A stretch of DNA of 64,000 nucleotides, from assembly GCA_032718475.1 (NCBI GenBank), contig JAUCBJ010000373.1, positions 23,460 to 87,459 of the forward strand, in the 5' to 3' direction. Positions 1 to 12,283 of this stretch are shown here, piece after piece. Made by a program: the position numbers and the translations under genes. Under the pieces are notes generated by a model, which had not been told where the DNA came from, did not search any database, and was given only the letters and a program-made list of their open reading frames with translations. The stretch's first letter is position 1; the number at the start of each line of letters is the position of its first letter. The DNA is from Nemertoderma westbladi. Its lineage: Eukaryota; Animalia; Xenacoelomorpha.

Positions 1-100
1 TCAGTAGCCACGGAATAAAACGTTAACGATTTAAAGAATAAACATCATTATTTACACTAAACCTATTATTTCAACCTAAGAGATTACTCTAACTTTATAG

Positions 101-439
101 GCTCTATTTGAAGACGTACTTGCGGAGCCAGAAGGGGCCCATTCCATCGACTGTCTATGGAAGCTAACCTACCAGTGTTTCACCGGTACAAAGTCGGTCT
201 GCTATATGATACTGACCACGATATTGGGTCTACCTCTTGCTTTCGCTTGGGGGTTGTCTTTCGCCTGCATGTCGTTCGAATTGGTCTGGTGTGTGACCCC
301 GCTGCTAAAGATATACTTTGTGGAGTTGGCGGCCTACAGAATGCTGTACACCAGCGTGATTCGTTGTGTTTGTGATCCCTGCTTCGAGTCATGTGGTCGT
401 ATCTGTGGCGACATGAAGGTCACCCAAGTCAAAGGATAA
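101..439 (+). CDS. CAV: Caveolin, terminal coding exon (5' exons lie upstream of the window)
   Basis: After a branch-point-like CTAAC and an acceptor TTTATAG (ending at 100), the frame reads ALFEDVLAEPEGAHSIDCLWKLTYQCFTGTKSVCYMILTTILGLPLAFAWG...VCDPCFESCGRI. This contains the caveolin signature FEDV(I/L)AEP, the scaffolding domain and the intramembrane hairpin. The intron sits just before the signature, as in vertebrate CAV1. Paralog identity cannot be assigned. Confidence 0.93.
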   Translation, partial: ALFEDVLAEPEGAHSIDCLWKLTYQCFTGTKSVCYMILTTILGLPLAFAWGLSFACMSFELVWCVTPLLKIYFVELAAYRMLYTSVIRCVCDPCFESCGRICGDMKVTQVKG

Positions 440-1599
440 CATTATTGCAGGATATATACAGAAGTTGTGCAGTACTGTAGGACGAGACTATAACTAACTA
501 ATATAAATTACATCAGTTAATCAGCCTTTTGAAATAACTTACCTACATGACACTATAATTTTAAATTTTCCTCCACCCCAACAACCCCTCGTTTACTGTT
601 TTGGTTAGAAAAGCCTTTGTCATTGTGACATGTTCCTTCCCATTAATTATTATTGTTCAATATATATTTTTTCGTCAACCTGGTCAATCTCAGGTACATC
701 AGCTGTGTATTACCATTAATGTAGGGTTACTACTAGCCCCACACCTCTGATTCTAATTTTATTTATTTTTCTTAAAATAGTTATTTAAGTTGTTGTCCTC
801 ATTTGAGATAAAGTATATTAAAACCAACTATTTGTAGAGATTGGTCCACATCAGCACTGCTGTACCCTGTGCTGTACAATACAGGCCTACATATATGTTG
901 GGGTTGGCCATAGATCCTTCAATGCCTCAAAGTTACCATAATATGGTGCAATTCCCAGATAGCACTACTACCTTATGGTAGAATGCCGGGGGGGGGGGGG
1001 GGGGGGGGGGTCTAACATACTGCTGTATATACTATTGTATATATATATATATATATTAACTGTGTGTGTTAATTGTTATGTGTATTTAGGGTTTAGGGAG
1101 AGATACAGTCTATAATAATATAAAGTTGTGAGCTTATATTCAAATATTTACTGTTGCAGCATGGAAATAAAACATGTATTTAACAATCCAGGGTGACAAC
1201 CAATAAAGAAAAACATTTAATATATTATAATGTTATATTTCTGGATTACTTAACGCTAATCCACGGACGTTATTTCTCGCTCGGGTTCGGGTTAGCTAAT
1301 ATGTTGGTCAACATGTTAGCCATTGTTTCTATAATTCTATTACATTTTTAAATTTCATATTTTTCAAAATGAATTAGCTAGTTTTTGTTATTATTATATT
1401 GTTGTTCTAGAAAATGTTTGGTGGTTTATAAAAATGTTCCAGAATTTTTTTCTGTAACCTTTTTAAGAGGTTTAGAACATAGTTCTAGAAATTTGATAGA
1501 TAATAGCGAAAATGTTGGTGAATCGTGAACAAAACATACAAATATAAAAATAGGCCAATATTTTATATTTGTATTATATATTATACATCTTGTTAAGTA

Positions 1600-1658
1600 A
1601 TCCAGAAATTTAACAATAAAACAACATAATATGTTGTTTTATTGTTAAATTTCTGGAT
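1600..1658. repeat. Perfect 29-bp AT-rich inverted repeat with 1-nt spacer
   Basis: ATCCAGAAATTTAACAATAAAACAACATA-A-TATGTTGTTTTATTGTTAAATTTCTGGAT. Confidence 0.9.
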
Positions 1659-1688
1659 ATTATCAGGACAATATTGTTTCTGGACAAT

Positions 1689-1827
1689 ATTATTGTGTAT
1701 AATGTACCTTTTTATCTCACTTCGGTCCCTCGTTTGAATATTTCACTCACTCGCTCCGCTCGTTCGTGTAGATATTAACACTCGGGACCGGCGTGAAATA
1801 AAGTCCTACATTATACACAATATAATA
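1689..1827. mobile_element. Small palindromic MITE-like element
   Basis: Nested imperfect inverted repeats: TTGTGTATAATGTA/TACATTATACACAA at the ends and CGGTCCC/GGGACCG inside, around a CACTCGCTCCGCTCGTTCGTG core. Superfamily not assignable. Confidence 0.55.
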
Positions 1828-2187
1828 AATAGTTAAATTATTCTTAGTAATTAAAAAAATATATTGCGTAACTTATATAAACTAAAATAATCATAAAATA
1901 TACCGGTAACTATTTAACAATTACACCATATTGAATGTTCTTAAACATTAATCGAAATATATTTGGTATTAAAATATTACAGTTGAAAATTATTACGAGA
2001 ACAAAAATTATTTATAGAGTTACAAAAAAATCATTACTAAACCAAATCAATATAATCGCGCTTTTAGGATTGTTTTCCTCCTTTGGTTATTAAAACATTT
2101 TCAAGCGCATTTATCAGCTATCGACACATTCGTATCGGGAACAATGTATTTTATTATCCTCCAATACAAAAGTACCCCGATAAGGCA

Positions 2188-4205
2188 TCGCAGTACAACC
2201 CAGTACGTCGCAGTCCAACCCAGTACGTCGCAGTACAACCCAGTACGTCGCAGTACAACCCAGTACAACCCAGTACGTCGCAGTACAACCCAGTACGTCG
2301 CAGTGCAACCCAGTACGTCGCGGTACAACCCAGTACGTCGCAGTACAACCCAGTACGTCGCAGTACAACCCAGAACGTCGCGGTACAACCCAGTACGTCG
2401 CAGTACAACCCAGTACGTCGCGGTACAACCCAGTACGTCGCAGTACAACCCGGTACGTCGCAGTACAACCCGGTACGTCGCAGTACAACCCAGTACGTCG
2501 CAGTGCAACCCAGTACGTCGCGGTACAACCCAGTACGTCGCAGTACAACCCAGTACGTCGCAGTACAACCCAGAACGTCGCGGTACAACCCAGTACGTCG
2601 CAGTACAACCCAGTACGTCGCGGTACAACCCAGTACGTCGCAGTACAACCCGGTACGTCGCAGTGCAACCCAGTACGTCGCAGTACAACCCGGTACGTCG
2701 CAGTACAACCCGGTACGTCGCAGTACAACCCAGTACGTCGCAGTGCAACCCAGTACGTCGCGGTACAACCCAGTACGTCGCAGTACAAACCTGTACGTCG
2801 CAGTACAACCCAGAACGTCGCGGTACAACCCAGTACGTCGCAGTACAACCCAGTACGTCGCGGTACAACCCAGTACGTCGCAGTACAACCCAGTACGTCG
2901 CGGTACAACCCAGTACGTCGCAGTACAACCCAGTACGTCACAGTACAACCCAGTACGTCGCGGTACAACGCGGTACAACCCAGTACGTCGCGGTACAACC
3001 CAGTACGTCGCGGTACAACCCAGTACGTCGCAGTACAACCCAGTACGTCGCGGTACAACCCAGTACGTCGCAGTACAACACAGTACGTCGCGGTACAACC
3101 CCAGTACGTCGCAGTACAACCCAGTACGTCGCAGTACAACCCAGTACGTCGCGGTACAACGCAGCACAACCCAGTACGTCGCAGTACAACCCAGTACGTC
3201 GCAGTACAACCCAGTACGTCGCGGTACAACCCAGTACGTCGCAGTACAACCCAGTACGATGCAGTACAACCCAGTACGTCGCAGTACAACCCAGTACGTC
3301 GCAGTACAACCCAGTACGATGCAGTACAACCCAGTACGTCGCGGTACAACCCAGTACGTCGCAGTACAACCCAGTACGATGCAGTACAACCCAGTACGTC
3401 GCGGTACAACCCAGTACGTCGCAGTACAACCCAGTACGTCGCGGTACAACCCAGTACGTCGCAGTACAACCCAGTACGTCGCGGTACAACCCCAGTACGT
3501 CGCAGTACAACCCAGTACGTCGCAGTACAACCCAGTACGTCGCGGTACAACCCAGTACGTCGCAGTACAACCCAGTACGTCGCAGTACAACCCAATACGT
3601 CGCAGTACAACCCAGTAAGTCGCAGTACAACCCAGTACGTCGCGGTACAACCCAGTACGTCGCGGTACAACCCAGTACGTCGCAGTACAACCCAGTACGT
3701 CGCAGTACAACCCAGTACGTCGCAGTACAACCCAGTACGTCGCAGTACAACCCAGTACGTCGCAGTACAACCCAGTACGTCGCAGTACAACCCAGTACGT
3801 CGCAGTACAACCCAGTACGTCGCAGTACAACCCATACGTCGCAGTACAACCCCAGTACGTCGCAGTACAACCCATACGTCGCAGTACAACCCAGTACGCC
3901 GCAGTACAACCCAGTACGCCGCAGTACAACCCAGTACGTCGCAGTACAACTCAGTACGTCGCAGTACAACCCAGTACGTCGCAGTACAACCCATACGTCG
4001 CAGTACAACCCCAGTACGTCGCAGTACAACCCAGTACGTCGCAGTACAACCCAGCACGTCGCAGTACAACCCAGTACGTCGCAGTACAACCCAATACGTC
4101 GCAGTACAACCCAGTAAGTCGCAGTACAACCCAGTACGTCGCAGTACAACCCAGTACGTCGCAGTACAACCCAGTACGTCGCAGTACAAGCCAGTACGTC
4201 GCAGT
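2188..4205. repeat. 20-bp tandem satellite (CGCAGTACAACCCAGTACGT), about 100 units
   Basis: Directly visible, highly homogeneous array. The unit is built from two related 10-mers that share CAGTAC. Confidence 0.98.
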
Positions 4206-4480
4206 CAGCTGGTGATGTATCCTTGACTGCAACTTTAGCAGCTGATTATCAGCTGGTGATGTATCCTTGACTGCAACTTTAGCAGCTTCATATCTACTGT
4301 ATACTCAAGATTATCCATATTGAGTTCTATTATTATATTCTCTTCACATGTAGCTGACAGAAGAAATGCAGAATAGTATTGGCTAGTGATATTTAAAGTA
4401 AAATTAAGAAATGTTTTAAATTTACCGGCAGAATAAAACGAAATACATTAAATTTACCTTACTGTGAAAAAAAATCGTAT

Positions 4481-5779
4481 TTATGTTGAGTTAAAATGCA
4501 GCCGGCTGCGCCCTATAGAACCACTGAGACCCTGGGTTGGTATGGCGATCTGTCTGGCTGGCGGAGTGGCACCACCAAGCAATGGACCGCTGCACATAGA
4601 ACCTGTGGGAGAAGGACAGGGAGGAGTGCGTCCCCTGGGAGCTGGGCAGGTGGGAGTGCGTCCCTTGGGAGCTGGGCAAGGGGGAGTGCGTCCCTTGGGA
4701 GCTGGGCAGGGGGGAGTGCGTCCCTTGGGGGTGAGCCCCGGCAGCCTCCCAACGGGCTCCACTATACGCCCATCCACTATCACTCGTTTCATACTGACCC
4801 GTTGCTGCTGGCTGCCGGGGGGCGTAGCGTTGTACCCTGCGGGCGGTGTGTAGACGTACCCCGGTGTAGAGCGGCCGGATCTCTGGGAACTACCTAGGTA
4901 GGGAGGGGTGCAGCCTGGTCTATCGCCCACCCTGTTGGGTAGGTAAGGGGGCGTGCACCCAGCATTGGCGAGGTTGATTGGTGGAGTGCAACTCTGTTGG
5001 AACGGGGAGTAATCCATAGGGGATACCGGGTATTTAATGGGCACCGAGGAGCCAGACATGGGGCTATATCTGTAAGAAGCACAACCGGGTGTGACCACAA
5101 CACGCTGCGATTGTTGCTGGTAGATATTCGCAGTCCCATTGGCACCCGTAGGTTGACTTTGTTGATTAGCTCTGACCGCTATTGGTTGGCCACGCCCGCC
5201 AATAGCAGCAGCCGTATGGACCCCCAACCCACCAATAGCAGGTCGTTGCTGCACCTGAGTCCCACCACCTCGTCTGTATTGAATCACTTCGTTTCTAAGA
5301 TTTAGGTTTTCCCTTTTCAGATCTTCCATTTCGCGTTGAAGCTTTTCCGTCCCGGTTTGACATATTTGTAGCGTCTCCTTTTCACTTTGCAGTTTTTCGA
5401 TTACCTTTTGCATACTTTTCATTTGCTCCCCATATTTCGATCTGTCTCTTTCGAGAACCTTATTTTTTGTCATTAGGAACGCCATCAGACGAGATCTGTG
5501 TTGCTTCTGGAATTTAGTGACACGGCTCACTTCGGTCAAACACTTCTGAATATGCGCTTCCGCATCCGCAAAAAACGATTGAATTTCAGGCCTGAGTGGG
5601 TTGACCAATGGCACGAGGTTACATGGGGAGCAATCACACATGTAACATTTGTCCCGTTTAACCTCAACAGTACAGGTTTCGCAATAGAGATGACCACACG
5701 CTGATAAGAAGAACTTTTTCTTTTCTGGTCCATTCGGTTGGATGCTACATTTATTGCAATGAACAATATCGATATTCAT
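4481..5779 (-). CDS. RNF212: RNF212/Zip3/ZHP-3-family meiotic crossover RING E3 ligase, single exon, 432 aa
   Basis: N-terminal RING (VHCNKC...LSACGHLYCETC...CYMC), followed by the family motifs EIQSFF and VTKFQKQHRSRL (compare human RNF212 DIQAFF and ILEFQEKHRKRL), then a coiled coil and a disordered S/T-P-rich tail. RNF212 versus RNF212B is not resolved. Confidence 0.85.
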   Translation of the reverse strand: MNIDIVHCNKCSIQPNGPEKKKFFLSACGHLYCETCTVEVKRDKCYMCDCSPCNLVPLVNPLRPEIQSFFADAEAHIQKCLTEVSRVTKFQKQHRSRLMAFLMTKNKVLERDRSKYGEQMKSMQKVIEKLQSEKETLQICQTGTEKLQREMEDLKRENLNLRNEVIQYRRGGGTQVQQRPAIGGLGVHTAAAIGGRGQPIAVRANQQSQPTGANGTANIYQQQSQRVVVTPGCASYRYSPMSGSSVPIKYPVSPMDYSPFQQSCTPPINLANAGCTPPYLPNRVGDRPGCTPPYLGSSQRSGRSTPGYVYTPPAGYNATPPGSQQQRVSMKRVIVDGRIVEPVGRLPGLTPKGRTPPCPAPKGRTPPCPAPKGRTPTCPAPRGRTPPCPSPTGSMCSGPLLGGATPPARQIAIPTQGLSGSIGRSRLHFNST

Positions 5780-6761
5780 CGCAACAAATTAATACAAGGA
5801 TCGATAATTGGATATAATACGAGCGTAGCGATAAACTACAGGATTAAGTTATGTTCAACAACGATGGTCCTGTCATTCGGTCAACCATCTTAGAACGAAA
5901 ACATCACATATTTGTTTATGGGTTTGCTACTGTCTCACAGTAGATATGATATGCGTTGCTGGTTACGTACAGTAATACAGTTATGACGATAACCTTTAGC
6001 TTTTACACAAGCGGATTACAGTGTAGGAGCCTTAAAAGCGTAGTGAATAATAGTTACCCATATCACACAAGAAGCATTAAGAAATTGAAACTAAGCAAAA
6101 CAGTCTGACAGTGTCCGACAGATATATGCTTTTTTCCACTGAACCTTGCGCTTATATGGGGGTATATTATAGTAAATGTTTTGGGTGATTTTGGTGCGAA
6201 ATTTTATTGTGATCAATAATCCGATGCCGACTGATGGGGCCCAGCTTACATCATTGAGGATTTTGTGTAATTAACAATATAAAAAATTGTCCCCAGCAAC
6301 AGTTAAGACAATTTATCCCATTGCTTCCATATATTTTAGTTTTTAAATTTACTGTTGAAAATGAACAAATGGTACGTGATTTCATTACAATTAAACTTAT
6401 ATCACCGGAATCCCCATATTATGGCGCACTTTTAGACAATTTTCATTTCAGTCACACGTCACATAGGCCTATTTTTGCTCAAGATAAAGATAGGTTTTGA
6501 ATGTATTTGGCTGCAAGTTTAAATCATCACATCCATTGTAATTTTGGACAGATTTTTTAAATATATTAAGATGCAAGCTGGAATTTAAGATTGAAGTTGA
6601 TGCAATGGTATGTTATTCAATTAATTTTTAAAATTAATTTCTGAATTTAACTGTACAAACTACCGATACAATATAGCACTCTTTATAACTTGAAACCTGG
6701 GCTGCATCCATTGGAATAATAGTGAGTAAAAACGTTCTGGAACACACCCCTGTGGGTACAT

Positions 6762-8406
6762 TTACTATATACTGTACTTCCATGCAAGGTATAATGCAAT
6801 GCAATATCTTCCGGACTAGGCCTATTTGCCTATACAGTAGGCCTACTAAACCTCTAGAATCGGCAGATCGGTAGGCCTATTATACTGTTATAGCAACGGC
6901 TATTGTATTGTAGGTTTATTATGAGGGGCTGGGTTATGCCATATTGCAGTATTGGGAGTGTGGTGGTGGTAAACCTCAAATCATAAACACCAACCACTAC
7001 GGTACCGGTACAGTATGTAGGTCTACTATCAGGGGGCAGTACTATAATGGGTACGGCAGTACGGTACGTTAGTGGCACCATTCATTTTACTATACGGTAG
7101 GGCTACACAAAAATGTTGATGTAAGATTGTAAATTACCAGTACCGGTAGTAGCGTAGCAGGGCAATGCACAGGTGCTCCCGCTACCGAATTATGCTGTCT
7201 ACCTAATGAATGAGATTTTAATTTTATAAACAATCAGTGAATAGAACAGGCTGCAATACCGGTACCGGTATTAAACGGTAGAACGTACTGTAGAAAATGA
7301 AAGTATAGCAGCTAGGCCTATTGCATGGAATTCGTACTGTGTAGGTACGCACAACTGCAGAACTGGTTAGATACACGGACACATAGCGTACTCTAAGGCC
7401 TTGCAAGCGTGCAGCCTTCATAATTTATGGAGGCTGGATTATAACCGGTAGCGTACTGCTGTACTGTGTGTGTGTACAGGCATGGGGTGGGGACAGTTCT
7501 ATAAATTTTCATTTGTTGCAATTTGGTTAATGGAGGTACTTGAAGCCTCCTCGTTAAGCAAAATATAAAATGTTATGGTAGCTAGTGTTTTAGGTAGGTT
7601 TAGCTAGTAATTTCATCACTGGTTCCGATATCCTACTTCCTTCTATAAATATTTTATAGTAGCTAGTTCTTATTACTATTTGTATAGAAAATGTTCTAGT
7701 ACATGTTAGCTAGGCCTATTCATTTTTCAGAAAAAATATGTTCTTGAACAAATATTTTTTGTTCTAGAATATTTTTTAGAAAAAAATCTGGATTCGATTT
7801 AAAACGCATGGAATCGTCCTAAAACGTGTTTAAGGTCATAAAAAAAATTGTGAAAAAAAATATTGTGAAAAAATTTAATGGAAAAAAAATTTTGAAATTT
7901 TTTTTATTGATTTTAAACACGTTTTAGGACGATTCCATGCGTTTTAAATCGAATTCAGATTTTCTTCTAAAAAATGTTCTAGAAAATATTTTTTCTAGAA
8001 CATATTTTTTTTAAATGAATAGCTAATATATTCTGGAACATTTTCTATACAAATAGAAATAAGGACTGGAGCTACTATAAAATATTTATAGAAGGAACTA
8101 GGATATCGGTACCAGTGATGAAATTACTAGCTAAACCTACGTAAAACACTAGCTACCATGAACCCCCCCCCCCCCCCCCCCCCCCTTAAGGTATGTTATT
8201 GCTGTTGTGTATAAATATAACTTAATTTGTTTCAGTGCTGTATTTTATAGATTAAAGTAAGCTCATGATCAGCTGATCTCCTTAAAGGCTTTATCCAATC
8301 AGATTAATATAGGACCATATCGACTATTTCAGAATAGGGCAATTCCATCGTTACGGACTCACATTCATACGCAATTTTCGAAATTAATTGGCATATCTAA
8401 TATATA
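6762..8406. repeat. 1645-bp tandem duplication, copy 1
   Basis: Essentially identical to 8407-10049. The ORF track repeats with an offset of 1645 (6854/8499, 7224/8869). Confidence 0.95.
7575..8159. mobile_element. ~585-bp foldback/palindromic non-autonomous DNA transposon (second copy at 9220-9804)
   Basis: Long imperfect inverted arms, ATGGTAGCTAGTGTTTTA.../...TAAAACACTAGCTACCAT. The right arm is followed by a C-run and TTAA, which may be a Kolobok-like end (inference). Confidence 0.7.
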
Positions 8407-10049
8407 TTACTATATACTGTACTTCCATGCAAGGTATAATGCAATGCAATATCTTCCGGACTAGGCCTATTTGCCTATACAGTAGGCCTACTAAACCTCT
8501 AGAATCGGCAGATCGGTAGGCCTATTATACTGTTATAGCAACGGCTATTGTATTGTAGGTTTATTATGAGGGGCTGGGTTATGCCATATTGCAGTATTGG
8601 GAGTGTGGTGGTGGTAAACCTCAAATCATAAACACCAACCACTACGGTACCGGTACAGTATGTAGGTCTACTATCAGGGGGCAGTACTATAATGGGTACG
8701 GCAGTACGGTACGTTAGTGGCACCATTCATTTTACTATACGGTAGGGCTACACAAAAATGTTGATGTAAGATTGTAAATTACCAGTACCGGTAGTAGCGT
8801 AGCAGGGCAATGCACAGGTGCTCCCGCTACCGAATTATGCTGTCTACCTAATGAATGAGATTTTAATTTTATAAACAATCAGTGAATAGAACAGGCTGCA
8901 ATACCGGTACCGGTATTAAACGGTAGAACGTACTGTAGAAAATGAAAGTATAGCAGCTAGGCCTATTGCATGGAATTCGTACTGTGTAGGTACGCACAAC
9001 TGCAGAACTGGTTAGATACACGGACACATAGCGTACTCTAAGGCCTTGCAAGCGTGCAGCCTTCATAATTTATGGAGGCTGGATTATAACCGGTAGCGTA
9101 CTGCTGTACTGTGTGTGTGTACAGGCATGGGGTGGGGACAGTTCTATAAATTTTCATTTGTTGCAATTTGGTTAATGGAGGTACTTGAAGCCTCCTCGTT
9201 AAGCAAAATATAAAATGTTATGGTAGCTAGTGTTTTAGGTAGGTTTAGCTAGTAATTTCATCACTGGTTCCGATATCCTACTTCCTTCTATAAATATTTT
9301 ATAGTAGCTAGTTCTTATTACTATTTGTATAGAAAATGTTCTAGTACATGTTAGCTAGGCCTATTCATTTTTCAGAAAAAATATGTTCTTGAACAAATAT
9401 TTTTTGTTCTAGAATATTTTTTAGAAAAAAATCTGGATTCGATTTAAAACGCATGGAATCGTCCTAAAACGTGTTTAAGGTCATAAAAAAAATTGTGAAA
9501 AAAAATATTGTGAAAAAATTTAATGGAAAAAAAATTTTGAAATTTTTTTTATTGATTTTAAACACGTTTTAGGACGATTCCATGCGTTTTAAATCGAATT
9601 CAGATTTTCTTCTAAAAAATGTTCTAGAAAATATTTTTTCTAGAACATATTTTTTTTAAATGAATAGCTAATATATTCTGGAACATTTTCTATACAAATA
9701 GAAATAAGGACTGGAGCTACTATAAAATATTTATAGAAGGAACTAGGATATCGGTACCAGTGATGAAATTACTAGCTAAACCTACGTAAAACACTAGCTA
9801 CCATGAACCCCCCCCCCCCCCCCCCCCCTTAAGGTATGTTATTGCTGTTGTGTATAAATATAACTTAATTTGTTTCAGTGCTGTATTTTATAGATTAAAG
9901 TAAGCTCATGATCAGCTGATCTCCTTAAAGGCTTTATCCAATCAGATTAATATAGGACCATATCGACTATTTCAGAATAGGGCAATTCCATCGTTACGGA
10001 CTCACATTCATACGCAATTTTCGAAATTAATTGGCATATCTAATATATA
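8407..10049. repeat. 1645-bp tandem duplication, copy 2
   Basis: Matches 6762-8406 apart from C-run length, and runs on into the Helitron array. Confidence 0.95.
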
Positions 10050-12231
10050 TAAATATCGATTGTCTGTCAGTCAGTCAGTCTGTCTGTGTGTTTGTCATCG
10101 GCTATACAATCGAACCCATCTCGATGAAATCTCGCTTGCTATAGCTCGTTAGAAAGGTCTCGCCCTAACTCGTTGCAACGTAATACTCAGAGTCGTCTGA
10201 AGTTCGCCCGTCTGCCGCTAGAGGGCGATTTTCGTGATTTTCGGGCGAAATTTATCGAATTATTTCGGTTCTTCTATCGGTAATTAATGATTTAGAGGGC
10301 TAACATTTATCCCACCTGGTATAAAATTAACATGGGTAGATTCGCCGTGTCCCATTCTCACAAAGTATTTATTTTATTCGAGTGTTTAATATAAATATGT
10401 ATGATTATTTATTGATTAAAAAACAAATAGTGTATAAATATGTCATATTCGCCAAGCACGATCGAATTGGCCTATTGTTATTGAATAGGGAAGGATTGTT
10501 TTCTGTAGCAACCTTAAGGTAATTATTGAACTCGCAGCTAGCTGGCTGGGCACAGATAAGGAGCAAGCAGGCTGGAGTGTTGATTGGGGTGGGTTTGGGT
10601 TGTAGTAATTCTGCTTTCTCAATCATTGGCTGCATGGAAGGAGAGGTTTATAACATTTTTGTTTTACTGTTATGAATATTAAAAGTAAAAATAATTATTT
10701 CTATAGGCCTATACTTACTGTATTATTATGTTATCTAATATTATACATCTAATCTCGATGAAATCTCGCTTACTATAGCTCGTTAGATAGGTCTCGCCCT
10801 AACTCGTTGCAACGTAATACTCAGAGCCGTCTGAAGTTCCCCCGTCTGCCGCTAGAGGGCGAATTATCCGATAGTGAAAACCTGATCTTATTGGGTTGTT
10901 TTTAATGCTTTTGAGCTGAAACTTGGTAGCTATATACTGCAGCATAGGCTGTATATTTCCGGAGTCACTGGGTGGTCTACAGTTCCCCAGTCTACCGTTA
11001 GAGTGCTAAATGTCTGAGAGATAACATCTTCTCCAACTTTATTATTTACAATCCGTTTTGACTGAAACTTGGTAGGCATCTACTACAGCATAGGCTGAAT
11101 CTTTACTGAGTCGCAGAGTCGTCTACAATTTCCCAGTCTACCGCTAGAGGGCGAAATGTCTGCAAGTTAACATCTTCTCCAACTTTGTTATTTATAATCC
11201 ATTTAGACTGAACTTGGTAGGCATCTACTACAGCATAGGCTATATCTTTACTGAGTCGCGCAGAGTTGTCTACAGTACCCGCGTCTGCCGCTAGAGGGCG
11301 AAATGTATGAAAGTTAACATCTTCTCCAACTTTGTTATTTACAATCCTTTTAGACTGAAACTTGGTAGGCATCTACTATAGCATAGGCTATATCTTTGCG
11401 GAGTAGTAGAGTCGTCTACAGTTCCACAGTCAGACGCAAGAGGGCGAATTGTCTGATAGTGAAAACCTCATCCCATTTGGTTCTTTTTAATCCTTTTGAG
11501 CTGAAACTTGGCAGGTATCTACTACATCCTAGGCTCTATCTTTACGGAGTTGCAGAGTCCTATACACTTCCCCAGTCTACCGCTAGAGGGTGAAATGTCT
11601 GAAAATTAACATCTTCTCCAACTTTGTTATTTACAAACGGTTTAGACTGAAACTTGGTAGGCATCTACTACAGCATAGGCTCTACCTTTACGGAGTCGCA
11701 GAGTTGTATACAGTTCCCCTATCTGCCGCTAGAGGGCGAATTGTCTGATAGTGAACACCTCATCCCAATTGGTTCTCTTTAATCCCTTTGAGCTGAAACT
11801 TGGCAGGAATCTACTGCAGCATATTCTGTATCTTTACGGAGTCCCAGAGTCGTCTACAGTTCTTCAGTCTACCGCTAGAAGTCTGAATGTGAACATCTAC
11901 ACCAATTTTGTTATTTACAATCTGTTTAAGCTGAAACTTGAAAGGCAGGCATTTTACTTCACCATAAACCCCACCTTTACCAAACTGCAGCGCCGTCTGC
12001 ATTTCACCAGTCCGCAGGTAGAGGGTGGATCTGAAAGTGATCATTTTCTGGAAATTTTGTTATTTACAATCTGACTAAAGTTGAAACTTGACAGTTATCT
12101 CTTATGGGGGTGGTGTTTTATTTAATGATGGTGTCTATTCCGTATGCAGTTCTCAAATCTCCCACACATATTCATATATCATCTGCACGTGCACTAGAAA
12201 GCTGTGGCCCGAAGGGCCACAGGCTTTCTAG
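10039..12231 (+). mobile_element. Non-autonomous Helitron, type A copy 1
   Basis: 5' A|TC start, (GTCT/GTCA)n microsatellite, internal ~146-bp repeats, 3' hairpin TGTGGCCC-GAA-GGGCCACA, then CTAG. Confidence 0.9.
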
Positions 12232-12252
12232 TCTATATATATAAATATCATG

Positions 12253-12283
<31 letters not shown>

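Noticed and set aside
986-1010. Poly-G/poly-C runs (also about 8163-8185, 9808-9828, 48932-48952, 50504-50520)
   Set aside because: These are simple homopolymers of unreliable length. Some apparent frameshifts in element 1 gag at G-runs may be sequencing errors.
2083-4232. Long ORFs (up to 691 aa) in all six frames
   Set aside because: They are a by-product of a stop-free 20-bp satellite. The unit is not a multiple of three, and 1-bp indels switch frames freely.
4206-4287. 38-bp direct duplication just after the 20-bp satellite
   Set aside because: It is a local tandem duplication with no further structure or functional clue.
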